A stretch of DNA of 64,000 bases from Eledone cirrhosa. Its lineage: Eukaryota. The first letter of the stretch is position 1. Every line of letters starts with the position of its first letter. The notes beneath the pieces were generated by a model. It made no database searches, was not told the origin of the DNA, and worked only from the letters and a program-made list of their open reading frames with translations. The translations under genes and the position numbers were made by a program. Below, piece after piece: positions 24,060-36,501 of this stretch. Where the stretch lies: the NCBI GenBank assembly GCA_964016885.1, contig OZ024743.1, positions 105,276,001-105,340,000 of the forward strand, written 5' to 3'.

Positions 24060-24500
24060 TGTCCAAAAGAAAGGTTGAAAGTTACTTCTACAGAAAAATT
24101 GACTTTGAAAGTCTACTGTCTGTTTATGAATATTGTTATTGTTGTTGTGATACAAATGTTATTTATTAAATGGGTATCGAAAAATAAAGGGTGAAAGTTA
24201 CTTCAACATAAAAATTGACTTTGAAAGTATAAGGCTGATAATTGAATGTAAAAAGATTGATAAGAAAGGCCCACCAAAAAAATTTACAGGTATTTGTATG
24301 TATGTGTGTATTTTTATGTCGAAAAGAAAGAGTTAAAGTTACTTCTACAGAAAAATTTAGTTTGAAAGTGTAAGGCCGATGTGTGTGTAAATTAAGTGAC
24401 AGGTATTTGTATGTATGTGTGTCTATGTATGTATGTGTGTATGGAAGTGTAAGGCCGATGTGTGTGTACATTAAGTGACAGGTATTTGTATGTATGTGTG

Positions 24501-24532
<32 letters not shown>

Positions 24533-24780
24533 TGTATGTATGTATGTATGTATGTATGTATGTATGTATGTATGTATTAAAGGTTGAAAGTTACTTCAAC
24601 ATAACAATTGACTTTGAAAGTATAAGGCTGATAATTGAATGTAAAAAGATTGATAAGAAAGGCCCCCCAAAAAAAACTTTACAGGTCTTTGTATGTATGT
24701 GTGTATTTTTATGTCGAAAATAAAGGGATAAAGTTACTTATACAGAAAAATATAGTTTGAAAGTGTAAGGCCGATTGAAA
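24060..24780. repeat. Internal tandem/dispersed repeats in the Helitron leader
   Basis: AAAGTTACTTC.ACA.AAAAATT.A.TTTGAAAGT recurs at ~24078, 24195, 24335, 24587 and 24730, plus (TATG)n. Confidence 0.8.
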
Positions 24781-25339
24781 AACTTACAGTTTAGTAAATG
24801 AAAGTCAGCTTCGAAATGGAGTTTGAACGCGCTAATACAAATACACACACATATATCCATCTATCCCTCTTTATCATAATATGCTATTGTTATTTCTAAA
24901 ACAAACTGTGTATGCGTTGATTGATTGAAATTCCCGCGTTCCTGTTTCTATGACGTCAATCGTAACCATACCAAAATATATGTGTGTGTATGCACCCACA
25001 TATATGTGTGTATATGTTTTTTTTTCAATGTTTCTCTTTTTCACAAACACTTATAAGAGAAGGTAGCAATTTTAAGGGGAGGTGATGAAGGGAGTAGATA
25101 TAGGAAACGTATATCATATGAGAGAGGAGAAATCATCGATTGTTGAAATAAATCGATTTTTCCGTAATTGGGGCATTTTTTACCCAATAAGTTCGCCCAT
25201 GACACAAGTTAGAATATTTGTAAACATTCTGCTTAATTATTCATTCAATATTTTTGGAATTGTGTATGTATGAAACATACATACAGACACAAAAATCTGC
25301 CTATTATAGATAATGATATATATATATATATATATATAT

Positions 25340-25469
<130 letters not shown>

Positions 25470-25545
25470 ACAGAAATAACAACACAATCAGTACAGTATA
25501 TGGAAGGAATATATTAAGTTAACGCTTGAAATAGCAGGAAGAGGG

Positions 25546-25581
25546 TCTTAACGTTTCGGACGCTAGTCTTTCACCAGAAGA
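25546..25581 (-). ncRNA. Minimal HHR-like motif (A6G mutated) in a short TA/CA-flanked insert
   Basis: Minus strand: tctt-CTGGTGA-aagac tagc gtcc-GAAA-c-GTT-aaga. Confidence 0.6.
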
Positions 25582-25608
25582 AAGAATGAGAAATAAAAAT
25601 GAGAAATA

Positions 25609-25653
<45 letters not shown>

Positions 25654-27703
25654 ATACACATATGCAAATACATATTCATATCGATATGTATGCATATATT
25701 GATATATGTATGTATATATATATGCATATACGTATGCATATATGTATGTATGATTGAATGTATGTCTGTATGTATGATTATATGTATGTATGAATGTACG
25801 TGTGTGTTTCTGTCTCAAACGGGTTTCTATTTGTCAGCAAGTATAGAACCAAGTATCCCAGTAATGGTTAGAAATGTATTCATGGTCACGCTTTGTTAGA
25901 AATGGTTGAGAGTTTAAACCTACACAAAACAAAATTCTGTCGTGTAATCTCATTCGCAGACTGACGCTCTTCTGAACACTACACAGGCAGCAACAGTCTA
26001 ACTTGTATCAAATGAATTGCTTTTACCTTTCATTTTGATGTAACCAGCAAGACCGTAAGAGAGATTCTGACATTTGTGCAAACTAGTTTCTCTTAATGTT
26101 TACCCATACCTATACTCGAGACAGGAAACTCCTAATATTGGGAAATATCGGGAAGCAGTCACTTGCTATAGGATTTCAGCTAGAAATGCATAATAGCTAG
26201 CTGCCAAATACTATTTCCTTCCCACGCGGTAAGAGATTTGTATTTACTTGGACAACTTAACGCTTTCGTTGCCATATTTGTAGAGAAGTTTACTGTCTAG
26301 GATTTTCATTTGATTAAAATAAAAACAAAAGTATTCATATGGATTTTGTTTGTATTTGGAACATAACTTATGAAATGTTGTTACATAAAATTGTAACGAA
26401 TGTTTTAAATTTAAATATGAACACTCAATAACAAATGGTTTTTCATTGGGTGATTCCAGACATTGATATTGTTGCTTCAAGGACGATATTAGTTAGAAAA
26501 TCAAAGATTTGATTGACCAACACTAACTGATGGAAACGCTGTATATACTATATATAAAACAGTATGATCTCCCATATGTAACATAGTAAGGTTAAAGAAC
26601 AAAACATAGATCAAAATAAATTAGTTGGCAAACACTACGTTTCTTATTTGTTTGTTGTACTTTATTAGTTTTAAACGTTTGAATATGAATTGCTTTGATA
26701 ACCACAGTTTATTTAACATTTTAACTAAATATATATCAATTTTCAGAGCCTACTGCCATATTGTTGCCATTCATAATCAACATCACTACATTCCCATCGT
26801 TCCTCACTATCTATATATTTATTACGCTTTATATATGTATATACATTATATACGCCGAGTCTTGTCAGCTAAGTGGACAATAATTCGCTGATGAGATTGA
26901 AAGACTCCCGTTGCCAACACAAGCTTGCTGTACGAAGAAACTACATTCCAATCTGAAATATATATTTTCTTTATTGATAAGAACGCTTATTAGAATTAAA
27001 GCCTAGGTTTTGTTTGTTGCTAGATTTAAAACACCATGAGAAATAGTTTTTGTTTCAATATCTTTGGATCAACTCATATTACATATGTGAGACCCTGACG
27101 TATTGTATTGTATAAGGGGAATGCTAAGTGGGGTTATTTACATTGAACTAAATTCTAGTATTCACATCAACACCACTGCATTCCATGTATTTCATAGACG
27201 CATTGGCAACACAACAGAATATATATATATACTTTACTACGTTGGTTTAAAAAGACACAAATGATTCAGCTGCTTTTAAAGTTGGCTCAACATACTAGAT
27301 GTACTCCAATTTGCATTGATTATATTTTTCCTTATAATAAAGCTGGATCTACTTAATAGATGTATTCCAATCTGCATTGATTAAATTTTCCAGAAATATT
27401 TGATAAACTATTAGAGTTTAATCCTTTGAATATTCTTTGTGGCGTGAGCTTGTTTCAATTCATGAACGCTTTTCAACTAATTGTATAATATATTCGAGTC
27501 TCTCCCGCATAGGATTAGTTGATATATATATTTATATATGATACATACTTCAAAACCAAATTAAATGTCACATCAGGCTGGTAGGCTTTTTTCTATAGAT
27601 GTAAATGTCTTAATAAATGTCAAATAACTTCAAGATTCAGTACATTTCAACGAAGATTCACAACCTTAAAGTTACATGTATCATTCATTCACGTTGAATT
27701 CGC

Positions 27704-27705
<2 letters not shown>

Positions 27706-27778
<73 letters not shown>

Positions 27779-27902
27779 ACACAAACAAATATATATATAA
27801 ATATATATATAAATATATATATGTATATATATACACACACATATATATATATATATATATTTATGTATACACACACAAATATATATGTAAATATATATAT
27901 AA

Positions 27903-27956
<54 letters not shown>

Positions 27957-28015
27957 GTATATATACATATGTATCTATCTATCTATCCATCTATCTATCT
28001 ATCTAGCTATCTAAA

Positions 28016-28076
<61 letters not shown>

Positions 28077-28300
28077 CTCTATCTATCTATCTATCTAGCT
28101 ATCTATGTATATACATGTGTCATATTTATAAACGTATATATATACCCCTCCCCATATATATATATATATATACACATAAATGTACACCAACGTATATATA
28201 CAGATAACACACCCCACACATATACATACATATATACATAATACACACATATATTTACATACAAACAAATTTATATATATATATACACAGACACACCTTG

Positions 28301-28332
<32 letters not shown>

Positions 28333-28421
28333 CATGTGTGTCTGTGTATATATATATAAATTTATTTGTATGTAAATATATGTGTGTATTATGTATATAT
28401 GTATATATATGTATATATATG

Positions 28422-28470
<49 letters not shown>
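27706..28470. repeat. Compound microsatellite (TA, TATC, CA/TG) with an internal inverted duplication
   Basis: Direct inspection. ~28225-28297 mirrors ~28336-28410. Confidence 0.85.
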
Positions 28471-28471
<1 letters not shown>

Positions 28472-29469
28472 TGTTTGTGAAGGTGTGTATCTTTTTTTTT
28501 CTTAAATATCATTTTTGTGACAATTTCTATTGCTTCGTGATTCCTTAATTTTCCATATTACCTTCGGATATGAAATTTCATATCCAACACTGGTGCCTAT
28601 CATGAATTATACACACACATCAATGCACATATGTTTCTATCATAGGCTACTATTGGCTTTTACAATCCACTGAAGCGCTTATTAGGCTATACACACATAT
28701 ATAGACACATGCACAGACACACACAGACACACACGCACGTACAAACAGACACACACACACACATATATAATTATGTGTAAAAATTAAAGAAAAGAGCAAT
28801 CAACATATCATATAGAAGAGGTGTATTTATAGTAACAGTTTGATTTAACTCCTGCACAACAAGCAGTTTCAAGACGAAAATATATCTACATCTTCTGATT
28901 TGTTGTGAATGTGATAATTTAGCCATATGTTCGCCTTGAAAACGCTGGTAATCCCAGAATAAACCTCAAACAGTTTCTTCAGTCTGCTGCTCTTGTTGAT
29001 GGACATCCACATGTTCCTCCTTGTTTCTATGCGGTGTCTTTTCATATGCATGTTTGCTACAGTTACTTTTAAGCCACCATTGTTCCGAGTTTTAGTATTA
29101 TGTCATGTCTTCCTTATGCACGATATTTTATTGTTTAGGAGATGGTTGATGAGGAAGAAAGATAGTTTTATTATTTCATTTTCGTGTCCAACTTCACTAT
29201 TTATCACTAGTGTAACGCTAAGCATTCCTATTTTGATGACCAAACCGTTAACCTAAAATCAGGACAGCACATCACTTCGTTTTGTTTTACGAATGCCTAT
29301 TCATATTCCTCTTTTTCTAGCGGTAATATTTGCACATATCTTTGCACCCTATCTTGTTATATTTCAAGTCGTGAAACCTTATATCGTTATTTGTTTATTT
29401 ATTCGCTTTGCTGGCTGTCCTAATCGAGAAGCACTCAATTATTCTCCTTCTGGTTTTATATTCTTTTAC

Positions 29470-29522
29470 TGTCTTATATGCATGTTTCCGGAGACCTGAT
29501 CTAAGCCATCGTCAGTACCACA
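29470..29522 (-). ncRNA. Decayed HHR-like motif
   Basis: Minus strand: gta-CTGACGA-tgg..ccg-GAAA-catg-CA-tat. U16.1 is mutated. Confidence 0.4.
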
Positions 29523-29626
29523 TCTTTGCACGAAAGTCCATTTGCCAGGCGTGGCTGATGAGAATGAATGATGCTTTCTTTCATACATACTACGTATTTC
29601 GTATCTTCGGGTCCAATTCGTTGTGC

Positions 29627-29691
<65 letters not shown>

Positions 29692-29698
<7 letters not shown>

Positions 29699-30050
29699 GT
29701 GTTTTTTTTTTACAAAATGAAAAATAACCGAGGTGTCCTACACGAGTGAAAGTATAAAAAAAAAGATGAAATCGAAAATACAACTGGAGTCTTATTTTAA
29801 AAAAAAATATATATTTATTTGGTTCCTTTACCGGTTTCGCAGTTCTTCTGATTTTCAAAAGTAGAGTTGAGATGGAGGGTCTGTGGTTTTTCTTACATCT
29901 GAGAATGTGAGAAAAACCACAGACCCTCCATCTCAACTCTACTTTTGAAAAGCAGAAGAACTGCGAAACCGGTAAAGGAACCAAATAAATATATATATTT
30001 TTTAAAAAATAAGACTCCAGTTGCATTTTCGATTTCATATTTTTTTCTTT
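29692..30050. mobile_element. Asymmetric fold-back insert in (TA)n (~135-bp arms plus ~70-nt tail) carrying an HHR variant
   Basis: 29766-29898 mirrors 29905-30038. The extra tail lies on the left. Confidence 0.85.
29942..29977 (+). ncRNA. HHR-like motif with U3-A8 compensatory core
   Basis: ctt-TTGAAAA-gcag aagaa ctgc-GAAA-ccg-GTA-aag. Stem I is short (3 bp). Confidence 0.55.
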
Positions 30051-30578
30051 ATATATATATATATAGTTATAGGAATAACCAAAGAGTGCTTAGAAATACA
30101 TTGTTTTATTAGCTAACAGTGTTTCATCCATACACCATGGCAGGAATGATCAGAGTCTATAAACATGAGTATATCAGTAGTTGCATGCTCCATCGAGCTG
30201 CGTCACCAGAACAAGGTAAAATGACCAGCAGGGGGGTCCCGAGGCCAGCGCTATATGGAAAAAGACAGAATACATGATGCACATAATGTCATAAAATGTC
30301 TTAAAAATTAAAAAATTAAAAATTACACCAAAAATGTATCACTTAAATGGTGCAATAGATGATAAAGAGGTTGGGAGAGGGTAGCAAGGGATGAATGAGG
30401 GTATTACTCAGCATGATCAGAAACAATAAGAAAATAATAAAAAAGTACAAAAATACAGGGATAAGAAAAGAAATAAATATAAAAATACAAAACAATAAAG
30501 GAACATAAAGCCCAGAAACCCCCAAAAGTATAAGACAAAGAAAAGCATAGATACATCAAAGTACAAGCAGTGCAACTA

Positions 30579-30622
<44 letters not shown>

Positions 30623-30737
30623 ACGCGCACGATCACACTCTCTCTCACCAACACACATATATATATGTGTGCGTGGTTGCCTGTGTGTGTATATGTGTTT
30701 GTGAGTGTGCTTGTATATTCACGCACTCACAAACACA

Positions 30738-30835
<98 letters not shown>

Positions 30836-31147
30836 GCACACACACACACACACACGTATATATGTATATATATTCTACGAATTTTGTGGGACCTTATTTA
30901 CTAGATGCAGTTCATATACAAAACAAATAATATCGTCAATATTTTGCATCATGGTGGATAAGGGGGATATATTTATAATTTGTATTTGTGGGAAATATAT
31001 TTACAGGATTTTAACCGCAATGTTGAAAATTGTAAATGTTACGAAAAAAGTTGTAACAGTTACGAACGCTTAATATAACCAGCAACTGTGATGGCTAAAT
31101 AATATACTATATATATAATTTTTATAGGAGGGAAAGTCTTAAGTGAG

Positions 31148-31312
31148 AATATTGGTTTCTGATTTAGACACCAGGCCATGGCATTTCTGGTGCTTTATTT
31201 TATCGACAACGTTAGAATGAAAGGATTTGAACTAAGATCGTAAAGGGGCGTAACCCTATGCCATAAAGTATGTTGTCTGACGCTCTACCGACACTGCCAA
31301 TCCACCGCCCTC
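31148..31312 (-). mobile_element. Octopod-type SINE (decayed)
   Basis: Reverse complement of the 6079 family (GATTTGAACT...CTGCCAATCCACCGCCC). Confidence 0.75.
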
Positions 31313-31664
31313 TATTAAGTTAGAATTTTAAGAATTTAAAAACTGAATAAACAGTGGGCATATTCGTTTAAAAAAAAAACCCTAAATAGGAATTGAAAAG
31401 GGTATCCATATTGCATGTTTATATGGATAATAAGTATAACTGTCCTTGATCTCTTGTTGGGGAAATTATGTATTAATGTTAAAATAACAACAAACGTAAA
31501 ATAGGCAAAGATCCATGAAAGATAGGAATACAAATAATATAAATTAAAAACATTGCAAAACGTAGCCTCCCCCTCCTCCGAAAAAGGAAGAAAGAAACAT
31601 TAGCCATGAAAATGATTGTTGAAGACCAGTATACGACAATGACAAGCATATGCCAATAAAAATA

Positions 31665-31845
31665 TTATTGTTTCTACTTTTGACACAAGGCCAGCAATTA
31701 CCCCAGTACATTATTGGTACTTTATTTTATCGACCACGTAAGGATGAAAGGCAAAGTTAACCTCGGCGGGATTTGAACTCAGAACGTAAAGGTACGTAAC
31801 TATGTTAAAAAGCATGGCATTCGACCCTCTACCGATACTGCCAAA
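31665..31845 (-). mobile_element. Octopod-type SINE, subtype B
   Basis: Reverse complement of 6284-6470. Confidence 0.88.
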
Positions 31846-32459
31846 AAATATAATTGTATATTACAACAACCAAACAGCAAAATGGTTCATTAAACAACGA
31901 AAACAAAATTAATACCTGAATTGTAACTCTATTAACACTAAATATAAAGCGAAAATCTAAACCATAAATTTATCGTATAATTGCATTTAATGTATATAAA
32001 ATTACAATTGTTTTAAATATTTAATTTTCAAAAGGACATATATGTATATGAATTGCAGTGTTGCAGTGTGTGATTTTGGATGGTTTGCTTGTTTATATAT
32101 CTAATCAAAATAAAATTTTTAATATAAGGATGATACTCATTTGAGAGACTATAAAATACAAAGAAGATTTATGTCTTACATCGAGGGCCACTATAGTACG
32201 CTTCTTCATTAGTAATTTATTCCCCAATATAAGAACTATATTACATTAGGAACAGCTGGAAGACGACTCTGGAATTTCAGGAATCTGGTCTCAGGAATAA
32301 CAGGGCTAAGCAAAAATCTTTATTTCATCACAGACAGCATTTTGAAACCGGTTTGAAATATAATTGATACTCAGTTCATCTTTCAAATGACTGTTTAAAT
32401 ACTTTTTATCGTCTTTAGTGTATTATATTTGAATAAAATAAGTGATGATCATAATTTTT

Positions 32460-32660
32460 ATCAGTTCTAGTATTGGCACAAGGCCAGCTATTTAGGGAAT
32501 GGGAAAGTCGATTACATCGACCTTAAAGTATAACTGGTGTTTTAATTAATCGATCTCAGAAGGATGAAATACAAAGTTGAAGAGTGCGAAGAACCTTGTT
32601 ACTAAATAATGCAAAGCACGTTGAACGACGCTCTACTGACACTGCTAATCCAACGCCATT
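32460..32660 (-). mobile_element. Octopod-type SINE (older)
   Basis: GGCACAAGGCCAGC...AAGTCGATT..ATCGAC...GGATGAAA. Confidence 0.7.
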
Positions 32661-33151
32661 AGTTCTGACTCCTAAACAACAGCACGCGTGAATAGCCAAA
32701 CAATGAAAACACTGCTAGATACAGCACCTCCTTTCTCTTGAGTTTTAGTCTAGATTCGTAAAAAAGACGTACACGGATAAAGGTTTATTGAAAATTTACG
32801 ATTCTAGATTTACAGAAAAACATCGTGTGACCATCTGCCCTAATGAAAGAGATCTATCGTAAGACCAGAAAAATATACTAAAAGTTTAAGGCGTAAATTA
32901 ACACTTTTAAAATATTTGCAACTATTTTAGAATGATAAATACATGAAAAGACAGGGTATTTTAAGCCGTATAACCATAGCGAGATTTATATATGCTTGTT
33001 ATTTCATATGCTTTCATATATGCGTGTATTCCAAATCACGCTGTGCAAATGCTACTGAGGATGAAGTCATGTACCTATAGGGTGAGATATATTTAATCAT
33101 TGAAAACTCTAATAGAAGAAAATAGAGATTTTAATTTCAACACAGTGATAG

Positions 33152-33585
33152 GATTTCTAATTTAGGCACAAGGCCAGCAAATCTCATGGAAGAGGAAGGT
33201 ACGTGACTGGTACTTCAAATTATCAACCCAAGAAAAATGGAATTAAAATCAACCTCGGCATGATATGAGCGCAAAATGTAAATACACAGAACAATTATCT
33301 GAACCGCATTTTATGCGACGTTCTACCAATTCTACCAATCCACAAACTAAAATGGGCTAATATTAATTTTCCATTTTGATGCTCTACTAATTTAGCAACA
33401 AATTTGGGGGAAATGGAAAATATTATTTAATGAATTAGAGTAGTTTTAACTGGTACTTGATATTATCAAATCCAAAAATATAAACGGCAAAGTTGATTTT
33501 GATGTGATTTGAACGAAGAATGGAAAGAATCACAAGAAATACAACAATGACACTTCATCAGATGCACTACCAATTTTACCAACCT
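33152..33585 (-). mobile_element. Two adjacent decayed SINE copies
   Basis: TAGGCACAAGGCCAGC and CTGGTACTT..ATTATCAA..AAAGTTGA..GATTTGAAC remnants. Confidence 0.6.
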
Positions 33586-33889
33586 ACCATCTCCAAGAAG
33601 AAAATATTAATGAAAATGAGTGATAAAATAGCAGGATATTGAATCCTATACATATATAAATATTGAATGAATGAGATGAAAGACAAACTGACATGAAAGA
33701 AAAAAATAGAAACACCCCACCAAAAAATAACAAACATAGGACAAACGACTGAATATATTTGAAAGGAATAGAATGAGAGTCAAAGAAAGGGTAAAATAGT
33801 AACGAAAACAAAAATGTTTACCTGGGTTCTTTCATTCTATAAATGTCTTTGATACAGAAAATGTGACATAGGAGTTATGACAAATGCAC

Positions 33890-33959
<70 letters not shown>

Positions 33960-34199
33960 GTATATTTATATATATATTTATTCATATAAATGTATATATA
34001 TGTGTATATATATATGTTTATGTATGTATGTATGTATGTATGTATGTATGTATGTATGTATGTATGTATGTATGCAAGCGTACATAGACAGAATGACATA
34101 AAGCAGATAAAAACTATATAGATAGATCAGAGATCTTCAAGAACAACACGCACACATGCACACACATACATACCCGTGGAATCACACACGCACACACAC

Positions 34200-34236
<37 letters not shown>

Positions 34237-34263
34237 TATATACATATATATATATATATATAT

Positions 34264-34452
34264 GAAAATGTATAACCCTGACGGCAGAGCTCAAGCCCTT
34301 TCGACAGCTATTTCTGGACTATAGCCGTCGAAACGGCTTGAGCTCTGCCGTCGGGGTGGGTCATACATTTTCCTATTACCCACTCTACTACCCTAAGTAT
34401 TGAGTACTCAGGTGCGTTATGGTCCATCTGTTTCCTTACCACAACTCCTTCG

Positions 34453-34454
<2 letters not shown>
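34264..34454 (+). mobile_element. Fold-back insert (hairpin plus tail) in (TA)n, same family as 61161-61365; contains the 3' half of an HHR
   Basis: Arms 34264-34310 and 34322-34372. GTC-GAAA-cggc..gccg-TC. Tail TTACCCACTCTACTACCCTA.GTATTGAGTACTC. Confidence 0.85.
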
Positions 34455-34498
<44 letters not shown>

Positions 34499-34588
34499 TC
34501 TGTATATATATGTATATATATATACATATATATATATGTTTATCCCGGGTTAAATATATATATACAGTATATGTATATATATATATAA

Positions 34589-34626
<38 letters not shown>

Positions 34627-34720
34627 TCTGTATATATATGTATATATATATACATATATATATATGTTTATCCCGGGTTAAATATATATATACAGTATAT
34701 GTATATATATATATATATAA

Positions 34721-34758
<38 letters not shown>

Positions 34759-34760
34759 TA
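34455..34760. repeat. ~128-bp tandem duplication within a TA microsatellite
   Basis: TACTCTGTATA...GTTTATCCCGGGTTAAATA...CAGTAT occurs twice. Confidence 0.8.
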
Positions 34761-35005
34761 TTTTCCGTAGTGTTGTAATATAAATATTACACACAGTAGA
34801 TGGACAGCTCACGTAGAGTTTGCTCGACGGTTCCAGTTGTAGTTTCAAAAGTAATCCGATGAAATGACAGTTGATAATAACATTGAAATATTGAATGTCT
34901 GCATAACTAATACTTTGTAGATAGCAGCTGTTTTCAGGTTATGTAACTGTTATAGAAACACGTGTCAATAAATTCCTTTTAACTAAACTGTATCCATTAA
35001 AATCC

Positions 35006-35139
<134 letters not shown>

Positions 35140-35426
35140 GTTTGGTGAATCCATACGTATATATATGTATGTGTGCATGTATGTGTATAAATATACATAC
35201 TACTGTACGTCGGTATGCATATATGTATGTTCGTATACATATTTATATTTAAGTAGCAGCCGTACTAAGAGTGGGAAATGAAATTTCGTTTCATTTTTTC
35301 CGTTTATCGTTTACGGTGCACCCGGCCGATTAACCCACTCGATATGCAAATTGGGCTACTCAGCCGTTAATATGCATAAGGAAAGTATATACTTTCGGAC
35401 GTTCAATAATCTGGCAGGAAGGTATG

Positions 35427-35467
35427 CGTTGCTGACGATAGCTAACAAGCTTGAAACTAGTACAGTG
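35427..35467 (+). ncRNA. Type I hammerhead ribozyme
   Basis: cgttg-CTGACGA-t agc taacaa gct t-GAAA-cta-GTA-cagtg. Confidence 0.85.
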
Positions 35468-35855
35468 TTCCTTTGTCAGTGTTGAACAAAAGAGCAACGG
35501 TGGTTGCTAGACACTACGGCTTTATACGGGATGTTTGTTTACAAACACACCGAGCATTATCATAAATGTTTGGTGAATCCATACGTACATATATATATGT
35601 GTGCATGTTTGTGTATATATATATACATACTACTGTATGTCTGTATACATATATGTATGTACGTATAATACTTATATTTAAGTAACAGCCGTACTAAGAG
35701 TGGGAAATGAAATTTCGTTTCATTTTTTCCGTTTATCGTTTTAGGTGCACCCGGCCGATTAACCCACTCGATATTCAAATTGGGCTACTCAGCCGTTAAT
35801 ATGCATAAGGAAAGTATATACTTTCGGACGTTCAATAATCTGGCAGGAAGGTATA

Positions 35856-35896
35856 CGTTGCTGACGATAGCTAATAAGCTTGAAACTAGTACAGCG
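35856..35896 (+). ncRNA. Type I hammerhead ribozyme
   Basis: cgttg-CTGACGA-t agc taataa gct t-GAAA-cta-GTA-cagcg. Confidence 0.87.
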
Positions 35897-35954
35897 TTCC
35901 TTTGTCAGTGTTGAACAAACGAGCGGGAAATGAAATTTCGTTTCATTTTTTTCC

Positions 35955-35992
<38 letters not shown>

Positions 35993-36237
35993 TATCTATC
36001 TACCTATCTATCTATTTATCTATCTATCTGTTTTACTTGAGAGTGTGCCAGTTCGCTGGTAAGTTTTTAATGATTTTCTAAGTAAGAAATCAAAAATTTA
36101 TTGTTAAATTTGATACTATTTTATAGCTTGACCCCACGTCTGGACTTTCAAGTCATCTTCACCCCTCCGTGGGGTGACATTTTCGTTTGAAAAAATTTCG
36201 TCGGTGAAAAAATTGTAAACAAATTTTGCATTCAGTC

Positions 36238-36426
36238 ATGGACGCTGCGTTCAGTACGAGAAGTGGTGGAGAGGCGGTAAGAGTGTTAAGCTCGCAGTCA
36301 CCTCCTCTCACCACCCCATTGAAAGACATCGAAAATGTCGACAGTTTTGAAAACACGTTGTCGGACGTTGATTGTAACATCAACACTAACACAAAGACCA
36401 ATAACATGCAAGATATAAATAACACT

Positions 36427-36501
<75 letters not shown>

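Larger units (their letters stand above)
22032..25310 (-). mobile_element. Helitron, both termini present, internally deleted (non-autonomous)
   Basis: Minus strand starts A|TCTATAATAGGCAG (25310) and ends with hairpin CCCGAGC-AAC-GCCGGG followed by CTAG|T (22032). Encodes a PIF1 helicase. Confidence 0.92.

Noticed and set aside
24060-24780. CRISPR-like repeat-spacer array
   Set aside because: Eukaryotic context, irregular spacing and spacers that are themselves repeated. These are Helitron internal repeats.
26888-26912. CTGATGA-gatt-GAAA as a hammerhead
   Set aside because: No stem II, and no convincing stem I or stem III pairing.
27676-28548. Numerous YIYI/HTHT/CVCV/SLSL/ERER ORFs here and throughout the window (e.g. 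48656-52195)
   Set aside because: They are translations of dinucleotide and tetranucleotide microsatellites.
30111-30158. Minus-strand HHR-like CTGATCA...GAAAcactGTT
   Set aside because: G8 is mutated and stem I is poor. At most a decayed relic.
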